This document shows positions 1-13,286 of a stretch of 64,000 bases of DNA, in pieces. The position numbers were made by a program, and so were the translations under genes. The DNA is taken from NCBI GenBank assembly GCA_010015585.1, contig ML975164.1; one strand, written 5' to 3'. The number at the start of each line of letters is the position of its first letter. The stretch's first letter is position 1. The notes below the pieces were generated by a model. That model did no database searches. It was not told where the DNA came from and saw only the letters and a list, made by a program, of their open reading frames with translations. The stretch is from Eremomyces bilateralis CBS 781.70 (taxonomy: Eukaryota).

Positions 1-837
1 ACATCGAGGGCCGAGAGTTCTCATGCAACTATTAAGCGACGGATCACGCTTCGACGAGGCGATATAATGAATACCATCGATCAATTAACGCATTCAATCC
101 GTCGTACAAACCATGAGGCTACTGTCGCAATGGAGGACTCTGCAATCCGTGTCAATCCGAAGTATCGCGCCGTTTTCTCTCCGGAAGTGATCCAACATGT
201 TTCTCCGCAAGCGCTTAAGAAGATGTATCGAAGTATCATTCGAATCAGGCTTGAAGAACGTCGACGGCGAGATGAAGAGCGGCGACAGAGAAATGAAGAG
301 CGTCAACAGAGAAATGAAGAGCGTCAACAGAGAAATGAAGAGCGTCAACAAAGAGATGAAGAGCACTCAGGAGATTACTCGAACCAGTCTCCATGCATAC
401 ACATATATCAGACTTCTCTTGGACTTCCTTACTTCCATACTATTCGACGTTGTCTATCACAAAATACGCAAATCCAGCTTCCTATGATCGACTCCTATTG
501 GTTTTACAAGTTACCTACACTCCCACTACCCGGATCCTTCGCGACAGTACGCGATCCAGCTATGGCACGACTTCCTCCTAGACTAAGAGACCGGCCAAAC
601 GACCCTTCTTCGCGTCGACTCCCGTCTGCCTTCGAACAGGTACGTGCAACACCATTACAACACCAAAGATCGGGAGGAGGAGCACAGCCCCAGCCAGCCC
701 CTCCGCCGCAGATGAACGGGCAGGAAATTACGGAAGAAGCACGAAGGTTACTTGCGAACTATCGACCAGGGGAGACGTCATTCAGCGATCTCATCCAAGA
801 GCGCATCAGCGGCCTTACGCCAGCTTCTTTTGAGTGA
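1..837 (+). mobile_element. MULE/Mutator-like transposase C-terminal remnant (runs off the window's left edge)
   Basis: The frame is open from base 1 (TSRAESSHATIKR, like the fungal MULE TSRxExxHxxLK motif). It later contains CIHIYQTSLGLPYFHTI, a degenerate SWIM-like C..GLPCxH motif. Confidence 0.6.
271..364 (+). repeat. 21-bp tandem repeat, about 4.5 copies (NEERQQR)
   Basis: AATGAAGAGCGTCAACAGAGA units lie in direct tandem. Confidence 0.95.
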
Positions 838-1271
838 AACGAGGACCTAAGTTAGCGTTTTTGATCATCCGTGATCCTCCGTACGATTAGATACATTGAA
901 TTACAGAGTTTGAACGCAGAATGGTCGGCTTGACTCGTATAAAGCATCATATACTGGACCATCCCAATCTGCGTCAGAGATTCGAATGGATTGGTATGTC
1001 ATGTGACCAGGTAGGGTGTGAATGGAGCCGGGTGGCGGGTGTGAATGGAGCACAGCGGGGTGTGAAAGGAGCTTCACCCCATGAACACGACATGTCACGT
1101 GCACCCATCGCCTCCGCCTCTCCGAAGTCCAAACCGATGGTGTCTGGTGATTCCCAGCCCCTTCACTTTGTTCTACATTGAATTCGCCAATTCTTCCATG
1201 ATGTATTCGTGATCCCGTTTAGCAATGTTTCAGAAAGCGGCTTATCCCTTGTTTTTACGATTATGCGCATA

Positions 1272-3112
1272 ATGGAACCTTCAACGCCTAGTAGTACACC
1301 ACCAAGGTTCTCATATCCGGGTATACCTGGCCCCGGCGTTCGGCGTTCATTTACTGCCCCTACGAACGGATCGCTAAGGCCGTGTACGACGGGGAGTCCC
1401 CACGCCGAGTCGAACACGTCCCAAGGCGACGTTGAGGTCATTACCACTTATGGCGATGCGAAGATTGTCAAGTTTGGAAACATAGCACGCCTAGGCTCGA
1501 GTAGAGGGAACCCGGATCCAGCTGGAACCTTGCCCTGGACTTCGGCGACGGAGCGGACTCAAGCGGCTGGTATGCTCGAGCAGACGCGGATATGGCAAGA
1601 CACTATCATCTAACAATCGTAGGCCCGCTTAGTATTTATCGCGTCAAGAGTTCCGGCGTCTGTTTCCTTAATTCTGGCAAATTCCTCCTCTCCATCTTCC
1701 CGAGATCGCAATTCTGGTGTGTGGACGGAGAGTCGATCTTCGTGATGCCAATGCGAGATGAATACTACCGAATTGAACTCTCAGTAAAGAGCGAAGAGGA
1801 TAAGGCTGGGGTGGAGGAGTTTAAGACGAAGATTGGCACTGTCCTGCTCTACGAGAAGACTCCATGTCCATTTAAACGAAGATTCCATGTTGAGCTGCCA
1901 GACCAACCGCAAACACCGGCCCGGAAGAAGAGAATAGGCAATCCGGACAAGAAGGCCAAACGTTGGACGCTGGACAGGGTCTGGAAACCAGAAGATGGCT
2001 CTGCCTTGGACCGTACAGACGACTCCTCTGGACACAGCAGTGAGACCACCCCATCGGTTGAAGACGAGGAAGAAGATGAAAGCAAAAGCGAGGGAGCCGC
2101 AAACCGTGTCGATTCTGTCCTCGGTGACAGTCCTTCTTCGCGGCAGATCACCGAAATGCGATCACCAGAAACCACGGAATCCTCAAGACCATTCCGGCAT
2201 CCCATCCGATCCCTATCAGACCGATCTATCACGGTGCCGCCAATGCTCCAGCTTCAACAGACGCGATTTACTCGTTCGGATGTACAGGCATCAGAGCCTA
2301 CCCCTGTTCCATCGCAGCCAATACCCACTCCCGCCGAACCATCGTGCGACCCTGAAACCGCCAGCCTCTCGAGTGTCGATTCATTCTACTCTACCTCCGA
2401 AAACGATGCAACCCTCTCCTTCCTCGAGCCCCCTGCCCTCGAAGATCTTGCCGACCCCGACACTCCCCGCCAAGCCTCCCACCGCCGAGACGACTTCGAA
2501 ACCACCGTCATCTCCTCCGAGAATTCCGACATATTCTCTCCGACCCGCTTCTCCGAAGACAACGCCATCCCATCTCCGCCATTCTCACCAGGACCTGATC
2601 TGCCTCCCGCCTTCCGCACCACCTCAACCGCACCTACATCCACCTCCACCGCCATCTATCCATCCCTCCGACGCGCCCACTCCCCGCTCCCGCACCCTTC
2701 AAACCTCGCGGTCCCGACCCATACGCCTAGCACGCTGGGTACGCTCATCGGCGCCGGGATCGCCGGCAAGTTGACCCGCGGGCTGCTGCGGCTGATCATC
2801 GGCCCGCCCGCTGGGCTGGTCACGTTGATGGTGCGCGTGGCGAGGCGAATCATGGAAGGGACCGCGGAATGGGGCGTTGTGGATACGCGGGATATCTTCA
2901 GTGAGGTGGATGGGCAGGTTGGGGGATGGCAGTCGGGGGAGGAGGACGAGGACGAGGAGAAGTGGGCGGAGGTGGTCGAGGATGGAGTGTTGGTAGGGAG
3001 GACGGAGGACGGGAAAATTTATGAGGGCGTGGTGAGGCGGAACGTGAGAACGCAATCTAGTTGGGAAGATCGTGAAGGTGAAGCGACTGTCTCAGGGGCT
3101 GATGTGGATTGA
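1272..3112 (+). CDS. INP1: Inheritance of peroxisomes protein 1 (Inp1)-like; intron 1570-1622
   Basis: Motifs AKIVKF, LPWTSATERT, PLSIYRV..FLNSG..PRSQFWCVDGES..YYRIEL and EKTPCPFKRRF match the fungal Inp1 domain. A GTATGC..CTAAC..TAG intron joins ORFs 1209 and 1592 in frame. Confidence 0.75.
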
Positions 3113-3548
3113 TTTTCGTGTGCGAATCTTCTGCAGCGCTTTGATTTGGAAACATCTTCGGCATAGCTATGGTTTTCGCCAAGGTTTGGCTCCTCTCCAG
3201 GTTTTCAGCAGCATGTTTTCAGCAACGGAGTTCAGGTTCGAGTGTCGTGCAGCGTCAGCCTGCCCGGGCTTCCAGGTCCGCTTTGTTAGTCTGCGTATTT
3301 ATCGGCGTCATCCCATTGTACGAGTCCATGTCACGGCCTACAGTCTTCGCACGCATCGCGTCTATCTTCTGAACATGTCATTATAAGTTACAAATCGACC
3401 ATCTCCTTGCCGCGAAACTGTCACCCCTATCTCTCAGAACTCCAAACCTGCATGGACTTGATATCGGAGAAATGCGGTAAGAACGGAACAGAATCAAAGA
3501 AAGGCATCATTGCAATCGTATATTCCAGGACCCCCCTTCCGCCCTCTT

Positions 3549-4976
3549 CTACGCTGCCTGAATTACCCGGGTTATACGATACGGCCCAGTCGGATCTGGC
3601 CGCGCCCACTCGACATGCATATTTTCCTGCGACCCGATTAGTGTGAACACCCGCCAACGAAGCCCTCCATCATCATCCGCATCCACGATATCCGTGATCT
3701 GTTCGATTTCTTTCTCTTTCTGCTTCTCCTTCATCTTCGTCTGCCGTTCGATCTCCTTCTGCTTCACTTTCTCCTTCCTCTGCTGTTCGATTTCGTCGCC
3801 GGGTTCGAGAACCTGCTCCGCTGCCTTTGCCATCGCCGCTTTCCCCGCCACGGCTTTCTTATCCGCCACGGTCTTCTTCGCGGCTTTCCTATCCGCCGCC
3901 GCCTTCTGTTCCGCTGGGGTCTTTGCGGGCTCCCTGGCGGCCCCCCTCGCGGCCCTCTCTCCGGTCTTCACCACCGCCTTCGCTGCCGCGGCGTTCTCCA
4001 TCGCCACTCTTTCCCTCTCCGCGTCTTCTTTCATCTTCTTCGTCACAGCTCTCTTCGTTATCGCTACTAGCTATATTCCAAAAGCAACTATTAGCCAACA
4101 CTCATCAAACAGTGCGCGAAGAAACCAAAGCGAACCCAAGTGAACGTCAGAATGTCAGGCCATCACAAGCGACTTGTTTAATCACCCGTCACACCCGCAG
4201 CCAAGAAAAGCAACCCCCAAGAAAGGGGAGAAGAAGGCATGACCCACCACTAAGAACCCCCCCCCGCTTCTCCCCCGCCCTTCCCGTCTACCAGATGAAC
4301 GACACCACGCCAGGACTGTCATGCCCCTTTCCGACCACATAATCATTAGTCTGGAGAAAACTTTGGGAGATGTCCCGCCAGTGCACCCCGCCGCCGCCAC
4401 ACCAACAGCGCCCATTTTCGCACGGTTTCTTCGTGCTCTCGCATAACGACCCGGAGATGATGCCGTAGTACATGCCCTTTGTGGGATGCGCGGGGAGCTG
4501 GGTGCCTGGTTTCCCCGGTTTAGGAAGCGCTGGCGACGCTGGCTCCTCGTCGCTTGTATACACGTGTACTATGCGACTCGTGTCCCACCGTGGATGCGAG
4601 TCGCTGCCATACTTCCCCAGAGAGATCGGTACGGCTCGAGCTCCGGCGTAGTTCGACTCTCCACCGTGGCGCGACCGATTTCCTGGCTTCGTGGACGTCT
4701 TGGACGTCTTGGGCTTCTTGGTCACCTTGACCTTCTTGACCTTCTTGGACTTCTTCACACGCGCGACGTTCATTCGAATTACCTTTTTAGCATCTTTATT
4801 CAGCGGCTTCGTCATCGTCTTCTTGCCGCCTAGCGCCGCACCTTCAGCGATCGAGGGGAGAGATGGGAGATCTAGAGATGGGGAGACTTACTGCCACTCC
4901 CGGTCGTCGCGAACTCCTCGTTGTGGAAGTACCGGCGCGGTTGGAGCTCGGCTCGGTTACGGAGTTTGACGACCAT
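3549..4976 (-). CDS. Hypothetical Lys-rich/coiled-coil protein, multi-exon (model uncertain)
   Basis: ATG 4976 (MVVKLRNRAELQPRRYF) and a GTAAGT..TAG intron at 4891-4830 join in frame to ORF 4288-4815. A CTAAT..TAG acceptor near 4071 leads into the charged coiled-coil ORF 3549-4046. The middle junction is unresolved. Confidence 0.4.
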
Positions 4977-5978
4977 CTTGACGAAGAGCGCTGTACGCGA
5001 GGATGAGGCTTAATGGCCAGGGGAAATCAGGAGAGATGGAAGTGCTGGGTGGCGAGAGTGCAGCGATTCTGTAGGGTGATGTCAGTACGGCCGTCATCCA
5101 TCCACACGGCGCAAAACTCGATCGACAGAACCAGTATACCAGGACCGACGACTAAGTTCCACGGATCTCGCGCACAGGTATACAGGGGACTTACAATAGC
5201 GAAGATCACGACACCAGACGACTCAATCGAGCGAAATAAAGTAAGTAATCTAGATCGACAAAACCGACTAATAATGAAGGGGAAAAGAGACCAAAAAGGA
5301 GGTACAGAGAGCCGGTGGTCGAAGGGACTTCAAGTACGGATCCGAGTGTTCTGGTTCAGTGGCCGAAGAAACAATGGGTTGCGGCTATCTGGAAATCTAC
5401 ATTCCACAACTCGCCGACAGGTATCCTAAATCGGCGAAACAAAGGAACACAGAGTGCCGGACGCATCAACGCTTATCGACTTATTCATGTTTGAAAGAAT
5501 TCACAATGAACCGACAAATTGACAATCATTAATCGGTTGATACGATAACTGATTCCCGAATGCAACCCCTTGCTATTGTATTTTTTGGACCAGTTGACCT
5601 AGCCCCGACCGATATATCGGACGCCGTCGATGAAATGCAACAATAGCGATATCGATCTCATCCCACCCGATCTGTTTCCAGCACGGTTGTCTACGGTCGG
5701 ATAGTTTTTTGTGACGCCTGCATTGCGCCGAAGATTCCAGACCCGGACCTCCGGCCCTGCGTTCATCGATGTTGAAAATGGAAGACGTGTATTGTGGTCA
5801 TATTTGTTGAGCGCCATTATGGTATAGACATCTGGGGGGTCTGCTGCGCTGGGATACTTTTGAAATTGTGAGATGTAAGGAGAGCCGACATAGCCTTCTT
5901 TCTTGAAGCTCCAGTCCTGGGGTTACCCGAGCCTCCCATAAGTACCTCCCATCCTATCAGAAGATGAGAAGGTCGGGT

Positions 5979-8900
5979 CTATTTCCCAATCGTCTTCATC
6001 TTCTTGCTCATGCTGGGAGAAGGTTAGTGACCGTGAAGGGGATGAAAGGAGGGAGAGGGACGTACAAATCAAAGAACGCAAACTGGCTCGCGGAAATGCC
6101 ATATTCATAGACGAAGCGACTCGCAAGGTAGCTACCGAAGATAGACCGAAGATAGCTGTCTGGAACCTGTAAGGTTATAGTTAGCCTCAGACTCAATACA
6201 AAAATGCAAGATTCGCCAAAAACTCACCCTCTCCACCAACTTCTCAAATCCCACCTGCTCCATCAACAACTCCGGCAACGCCTCCCTCAACACCCCCTCC
6301 CTCAACCCCCTATTCTCCCACAGCTCCGTCTCCTGCAACTCCTCGTCCAGCGCCGTGATCGCCGCGCTCAGCCGATCGCTTACCATGCTGCGCGGCGTCC
6401 CCGTCGCCGCGTGCTCCTTCCACACCGCCTCAAACTCCAGCCGCGCGTTGCGCCGAATGATCGCCTGCACCTGCCGCACGTACGTCTGGTAGAACGCGGG
6501 CGCCGCGCCGTCTGCGCCAACGCACATGTGCGCGATGAACTCGGCGTCGCTGAAGGAGAGGGAGGCGAGCACTTCGAGGGAGGAGGACGTCACGCCGCCT
6601 TTGTTGGAGGAGGCGTCTTTGTAGAGGATGCAGCCGGCCTTCTCGAGGCGGAGCTTTGCATCCTGGGTGATGAAGAGGTTCGCGCCCTCGACGATGTACG
6701 GTATCGTCGCCTTGCCGTCGACGATTAGCTGCCCGACGTTGCTTAGGTCGATGCTCTCCGGGCGTCCGCCGCACGGGACGAACACATCGTAGAGCTCTCC
6801 GCGGGCGCTCCCGCCGCGTAGGTGGAAGGTGTTGCGGAAGGTGGTGCCGTTGTGGACGAGCTCGCCGGTGGGGAGGCGGACGTCGGCTTCGTCAACGAGC
6901 ACACGGTATCCGGACGCGGAGAGCTTGGAGATGTCGAAGTGCACGATCATCTTGCGCTCCTTGGCGAGGCGGATGAGCTCGTCTCGGTTTAGACCTTCGG
7001 GGTCGACGAGGACGCCGGAGCCGTCGACAATGGCGCAGTATTTTTCGCGGCTGAGGAGGATCTCGTTGGAGCCGAGGTCGCCGTCCGGTCCACCCGTTTG
7101 CATCTTGCGGACGGTGGTCTCGTCGAGCCCGAGTTTGCGATAGATTCCTGTGACGTATTCGCGGACCGAGAGGGTCGTCATGCCGTATTTGTCGTGCGGG
7201 ATGCCACCCAGACGCGGGGACTTGCCGGTGAAGAAGGACTTCCACCAAGGCGCCCCGCGGATGCGGGCGTGCTCGGTGGCCCAGTCGACGAGCTCGGCGG
7301 TGTTCTCGTCGGGACCCATGAAGAGGATCTCGGGCTTGCCGTGTAAGTCTACGATGGGGTCTTTGATGCCGGGACTAGTGGGTGGCAGGAGCAAGTCCAT
7401 GATGCTGTCAATGTACTTCTCGAACGCACCAGCGGCTTTGTCCTGGTGATTGAAGTCAAGGAGGATGACTCCCTTGGAGCCACCTTCGGGGATATCCTTG
7501 TTCTTGCGTTGCTGTGTATTGGCGAGGTTGTAGTTCTCATCGAACATGCTCCTTGCGTTGATCGCGTACGCTTCCTGGCTCCGTGATTTGACAATACGGA
7601 TGCCTCCGCGGGAAATATCCCGGAACCGCAGATGGAATCCGCGGAACTCGGAGCTGATCACTAGGAACATGCCATACAACGGCTGTGGATATTCCTCCGC
7701 GGGGAGGAAAGCGGGGTTCAGACGGAACGACAGGGCAACCTTCGTCGGGGTGTAGAAGTTCGTCTTGAGCACGGAGACGTTGAAGACGCAGAATGCTTGC
7801 ATCACCATCTCATGGTACTCATTCACCACAGTGTTCCCGATGAGCTTGACGAGCTCTCCATGGTTCAGCACTTTGTCGACCTTCGTTCGGAGATACGACA
7901 GGGTCGGGATGAAATCGTCTTGTTCGCCCCGCATGTGAACGTAATGTGTGTTGGCAAAGCTCAAATAGAGTGAATGGATGAGCTCCGGGTAGCGATTGAT
8001 GATCTCCAGGATGTACTCCGCCGTGAAGGTTTCGGTTCTGAGTCGCTTCTTCAGCCTCGCGAGCAACTCCGCATGCACGCTGTTGTTCTGATCGAGGATC
8101 GAGGCTAATGTCGTGTATTCTGAACCCAGTCGGTTGAGGAAATGTCCCACAAACACCCAGACGCAATGTGCGTAGATCGTCTCCTGCAAACTCAGCCGAC
8201 CTGACGCAAAGTGTGCCTGAAGCTTGTTCTGCGGAACGCAATAAAGGAGCGAGATCTCCTTGATGATTTGATGAATGGAGGCTTCAATAGGAGGAAACCT
8301 CTTGGTACCATCAAGTTTCGCCGGATGGAGATAAATCGACATGACGGTGTATCCATTGGAGAACTGCTCGACGTACTTCCGCGACGATGTGAGGCCGTAG
8401 TAGTGGTAGAGATCACTCAACGCGCTGAAGAGGCCCAACGCAGTTCGCTGCTTGTATGCGACAACCAGCCGCACCTCCGGGCTATCTTCCATCTCGTAGT
8501 ATTCAATGACCGGGCCCGTCCTTGCCACAGCCTTCTCGATGACCTGCTGGTAGATCTCCTTGGTGTTCTTCGTCGACTTCTGCAAGAACTTCCTTTCTCC
8601 GACGATGTCGAGATTCGTCTCGTTCTCCGGGGGGTTCGGATGCTCGAAATCGCATTGGTACACGAAGTAGCATCGGAGTTGTTGCTCATGAGCGCCCGGC
8701 AGAAGCCCAGCGGATCGGAAGGTCTCGACTCTATAATTGTCCTTATTGCTCGAGACGTTCAGATATTTCTCATCGATCCGTTGTTCGTATCGTGGGCCAT
8801 CGATGACTGAGATACCTGGTCGAGAGGTGTCAATGTACACCGCATGGTCTGTTGCTTCCTTGTCCAGTCGAATCTCCAACCGCTTGTCGTCTCGAGCGTA

Positions 8901-9338
8901 TGCGGCAACTTTAGCGGCGTAGAGGGAAAGAACATGGCTCGCAATCCTGCACGTCGTTAGTTATAATCCCCATGTCACTGCTTGAAATCATTGCTGCACT
9001 CACACGTCCACCGATTCGGTCGAGAAATACATATCGTCGATGCCCAAAGCATTATAGAACCAATCCGTCTCCTGCTCCACGAATTCCGGCGGCAGGAACC
9101 CCTTCTCCTCCACTAAATCCATTACCGCCTCCTTCTGCTTCTCCTTTCCCTCGAACGTTGGCGCCACATATCCGGAGCCTTTCTCATGAAGGATCCTCGT
9201 CGGGCCGCCAGGAGTACCGGGAGTGCCGGGAATGCTTAGATGTGTTGGGAGGGGGGAGGGCTGTCGGCCTGGCGTGCGGATGACTTGCTCGAGGAGCTTG
9301 TTGTGGATGTGATTCGAAAGGGGAGTTGGTGAAGCCAT
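5979..9338 (-). CDS. GDH2: NAD-specific glutamate dehydrogenase; introns 9003-8947, 6227-6167, 6065-6013
   Basis: Contains FRGFHLRFRDISRGGIRIV, KNKDIPEGGSKG, GPDENTA, TGGPDGDLGSNEI and VEGANLF. Spliced, it ends ...SQFAFFDFMSKKMKTIGK*. Confidence 0.97.
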
Positions 9339-9940
9339 GGTGGCTGTGGTTTGTGGTGTTTGATGCTGGAATGATGTGATCTATTCTAGACTTTCGCGAA
9401 ATCGTGTTAGTATACAATTCTAAACGTGTCTATACGCTAGAATATCTGAATTGAGCGCAATTGATAACGATTTAGGGGAGTCGGTTGGTGGAATGGCGTG
9501 CGTCAAAAAGAGCGGTATGCTGTGCTCCCAAGAACAAGGAGCACATGCAGCTCGTCCATTGAATGTTGTCCGACATTCTGGCCACTGCCAAACTCCGTCC
9601 AATGACTGAATTGCCCGTATCTCTGCTGACAAGCTGACTGAATACTGTCTTGCACGTGAGATATTCCCTATTCGAGGAAAGCCGTCCAACCCGAATGTCT
9701 GAAGCCATCACGGTCTCCAGATGCCATATCAATTATCATGATGAACATGGGTGATATCATCGGCGGGGCTACGGAAGCAGGAACAAGATAGCGCTGTTGC
9801 ATGGCGCCTCCAGGGATCCATGATGAATGCTGCTGTGGGATAGAGGGGCCAAGAAATGCAGATCTATGGTTATTTGCCAGACTTGAAAACCATTGCGACC
9901 GAGATATGGTTGTGTATTCGCTGGATGAAGAAGAAACCAT

Positions 9941-9947
9941 TGACTCA
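9941..9947. promoter_or_regulatory. TGACTCA Gcn4/CpcA-type site upstream of GDH2
   Basis: Perfect TGACTCA about 600 bp upstream of the GDH2 ATG. It overlaps a GTGAGT splice donor on the minus strand, so it may be coincidental. Confidence 0.3.
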
Positions 9948-11666
9948 CCGATGAGATCTGATATTGTAGTCATCTAGAAATGAAAGTGAAGTGAAGTGAT
10001 CAAGTGAAGCTCAATCGATGTTTCCAGAACTAAATGTCGTTGGTTCCGATCGGCACGAAACCCAAAGAATGATGACGCTGTCTGTATTGCGTATTGTGGA
10101 TTGTGGATTGAGTGGAATTGGAGTTCCCCAGCCAGATCCTATTTATCCTCAATTCAATGACGAACTGAAAATGCACCCTTCAGTATAGAGCAGTCTAGAT
10201 CAGGATTTCCAATCACCGCCATTGAGTGATTTTCCCCCTTTCACAAAAACCGGGGCATGGCGACCGTTGAAATAGTTTTTCCCCCGATTCCGTTTTGCCG
10301 TCCACGGGACTGGTTTTTCGTGACATCGTGACATTTTCTCGTGCGTTGCGCTTGGTGTCGGCATGACGAAATTGTAGTCTCATCCTGCCGCATTGCTATC
10401 CAACCACTGCAGCGGCCTGCCTGCCTTCGTCGCTCCCCATCTCACTTCTAACTGCATTCTTAGTCTCTGAAATGCGTAATAAACACGAATCATGCTGCGA
10501 TGCCGATGTCAATTCAGGGACGGTGATTTCGCTGAAGGTACCAAGTCCACGATAGCCATCTGCGAGATTCAAAGATTTCTGAATTCCGATCCAGCCCAGC
10601 TCAGCCCCAAATCCCTCCTTCAGTTAGCGCTTAGCAGTTAGCACCCACCAGCAGCCGGTGCCTGAAGCCCTGAACCCCCCTCTCGCCCCTCCCCCGCCAT
10701 CCCTCCGCGCCTACCGCATGCGTCTCGACGCCTCTCGCCCTCTCACGGTCTCACCGATCCGCCACGTATCCGTCTAGCACGGGCTGCACTGCACCCAACC
10801 GCAAAAAATCTCTGCACACCATTACGTAGCCCCCGGCCCAATCGCCGCTGCTCCGACCTGCATCGTGACTGTGAAGCCTGGGATTGGTTGGGGAGGGTCA
10901 GCTGTGGGCCAGCGGGCAGGGGAATTGGAAGGTGCGATGGATACCGGGGAAGGTGGGAGTGATAGGAGGGGGTGCATGCATGATGTCTGGTTGGGGAATA
11001 AATCATACAGGCTGCACTCTATGTGTAGGGGGTAAGGGCGTTGGCGGGGGGCCTGGGGGGTTTAGGTTGGGTGCAGGTATAGGAATAGAATGGAGAAGGG
11101 GGAATGGTCCAACTGAAGTTCCATTGGGTCCGAGTCCGCGTGAGGAACATGATTCATGCTTGGTGGTAATTAGGAGGGGACGGATGGATGGGCAGGATCT
11201 ACTACGAGAATTCTAGATTGATGGATCGGTGGAGAAGATTGGAGACGTTGGGAGTCTGGAACGGGGATTGGGTCATCAATTGTGCAGAGGAAGGTGATCT
11301 GCCAGTCGGTCATATCTGGATTGGGCGGAACAGATACTTTGCTAAAGGTCGCTTTTGGTCGAATTGATGGGTGTTTAGCAGATTGTGTTGGGTATTGTGT
11401 TGATACCTATCTATATTGTCGGGCCGTAGAGCTATTGTTAGATTGATATGAAACATTGACATGCCCTCAATTCACAGGATACAATGGGTGTTGGAGGGAG
11501 ACTGACCATGCTCATATCACTGGCTGTCATTGCAATGTCTAGATGTTCAAGATACAGTACTTTTGGGTAGTCTCGTCAGTGCCTACACGTGTCTATACAC
11601 TCTCTATCGAATTATCGATACTTCCCCCCCCATCCACCACCCACCACTTCCGCTCCCTCCATTCAC

Positions 11667-13224
11667 CTACGAGGAGCCCTCACCCACCGGCAACGTCCGA
11701 TGCAACCACGGCTTCTTCCCCTCCCCCTCCCCATAATCCTCACTCACCTGCCCGTTTCCCTTCACCACCCACTTATAAATCGTCAACCCCTCCAACCCCA
11801 CTGGCCCCCGCGCATGGATCTTATTCGTGCTGATCCCCACTTCCGTCCCGAACCCGTACCGCTGCCCGTCCGCCAGCCGCGAGCTCGTGTTCCAAAACAC
11901 CCCCGCGCTGTCCACCCCCGCCAGGAACCCGTTCGCGATCCCCTCGTCCAAAGTCAGGATCACGTCCGTGTGGTGCGACCCATGTTTGTTGATGTGCTCC
12001 ATCGCCGTCGCCAACGCCGCGCCCGCCGACGCGCCTGACGGGATCGTCTTCACCGCGAGCGTGAGGTCCAGGAACTCCGTGTCGAAGTCCCGGTTCTCGT
12101 CAGCAGCCTTGACCCCGGTTGCTGACGGTAGCGCGGCGGTCAGGAACTCGCGGACGTGCGCATCGCAGCGCAACTCGACGCCGCGCTCTAGCAGCGCGGA
12201 CGCGACGGGGAGGAAGTTCCCGGTGTCGCGCAGGAGGCAGGCCTCGTCGACGAGGAGGGTCTCGAGGGAGTTGCAGGCGGCGGGGTAGGAGGTTTTGGCG
12301 TCGAGGATGATCCTGGTGGCGAGGGCGGCGGGGTAATCGGGGCGGAGGTAGGCGGAGCAGAGGCCATCGGCGTGGCCGAGAACGGGGATCTGGGTGTGGG
12401 ATTTGATGTGGCGGACGAGGTCGTTGGAGCCGCGGGGGACGACGAGGTCGATGTGGGTGTCGAGGCCGAGAAGGGGGATGATGGCGTCGCGGGTGGTGAG
12501 AAGTTGGAGGGACGCGGAGGGGACAAGGGTGGTTTCGAGGGCGGCCGAGAGGACGCGGGAGATAGCGATGAAAGACTTGGTAGACTCTTTGCCGCCTAGG
12601 GAGGGTTAGCTCGGTAGAGAGAAAGGGAGGGAGGAGTATACCTTTGAGGATGGCGGCGTTGCCGGACTTGATGGCGAGCGAGGCAATGTTCGCGATAACC
12701 TCTGGACGAGCTTCAAAGATAATGAGGAGGACACCGATGGGGCATGATATCCGCTCGAGGGTCAGCCCTTCGTCGAGGAGTGTCCGTCTATCGATTTTGC
12801 CAACTGGTATGATGCGTTAGTCCATGTTGATATTGGGGCTTCTTCGATTGACACCAGCAGCCTTGAACTCTGGAGGCATCATAACCGACGTTCAACAGCA
12901 AGACTATCAAAATCCCAACTTACCCGGATCTTCCAAGTCCCGCACACTCAGGATCCCGTTCAACATATCCGCATACTTTCCCTTCTTCCCCAAATCCAAC
13001 CTCTTCATCAAACTCGGGCTAATCGACCCTGCCAGCACCGCCGCCTCGGCCAACTGCATATCCTCCGCATTCGCCGCCAGGATCTCGTCCTTTGCTACCG
13101 ACAGGGCATAGTGCATCGCCGTCAGGGCATCGTTCCGAGCGGATGTGGGAAGGATGGCCAGCTGCCGGGAGGATTGGCGGGCCGCGATGGCGGCGTTGAG
13201 GGGAGTGGTGTCGGAGAGGGACAT
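11667..13224 (-). CDS. PRO2: Gamma-glutamyl phosphate reductase (glutamate-5-semialdehyde dehydrogenase); introns 12923-12804, 12641-12596
   Basis: Contains [50 protein letters not shown] and [28 protein letters not shown]. The reading frame is continuous after splicing. Confidence 0.96.
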
Positions 13225-13279
13225 GGTGGGATGTCCGGCACTGAGGAATTGAGTGAGGAGACAGTGAGGATGGAGAAAT

Positions 13280-13286
13280 TGACTCA
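13280..13286. promoter_or_regulatory. TGACTCA Gcn4/CpcA-type site upstream of PRO2
   Basis: Perfect TGACTCA 56 bp upstream of the ATG of an amino-acid biosynthetic gene. Confidence 0.4.

Noticed and set aside
6204..8810. Long antisense/shadow ORFs over GDH2 (and similarly over the Crh gene, SLD2 and PRP3)
   Set aside because: They are explained by high GC3 codon bias of the real gene and contain no recognisable domains.
12173..12526. Apparent frameshift in PRO2 suggested by the ORF track
   Set aside because: Manual translation of exon 3 (12595-11667) is continuous. The track simply started at an internal TTG, and ORF 12188-12526 is a shadow frame.
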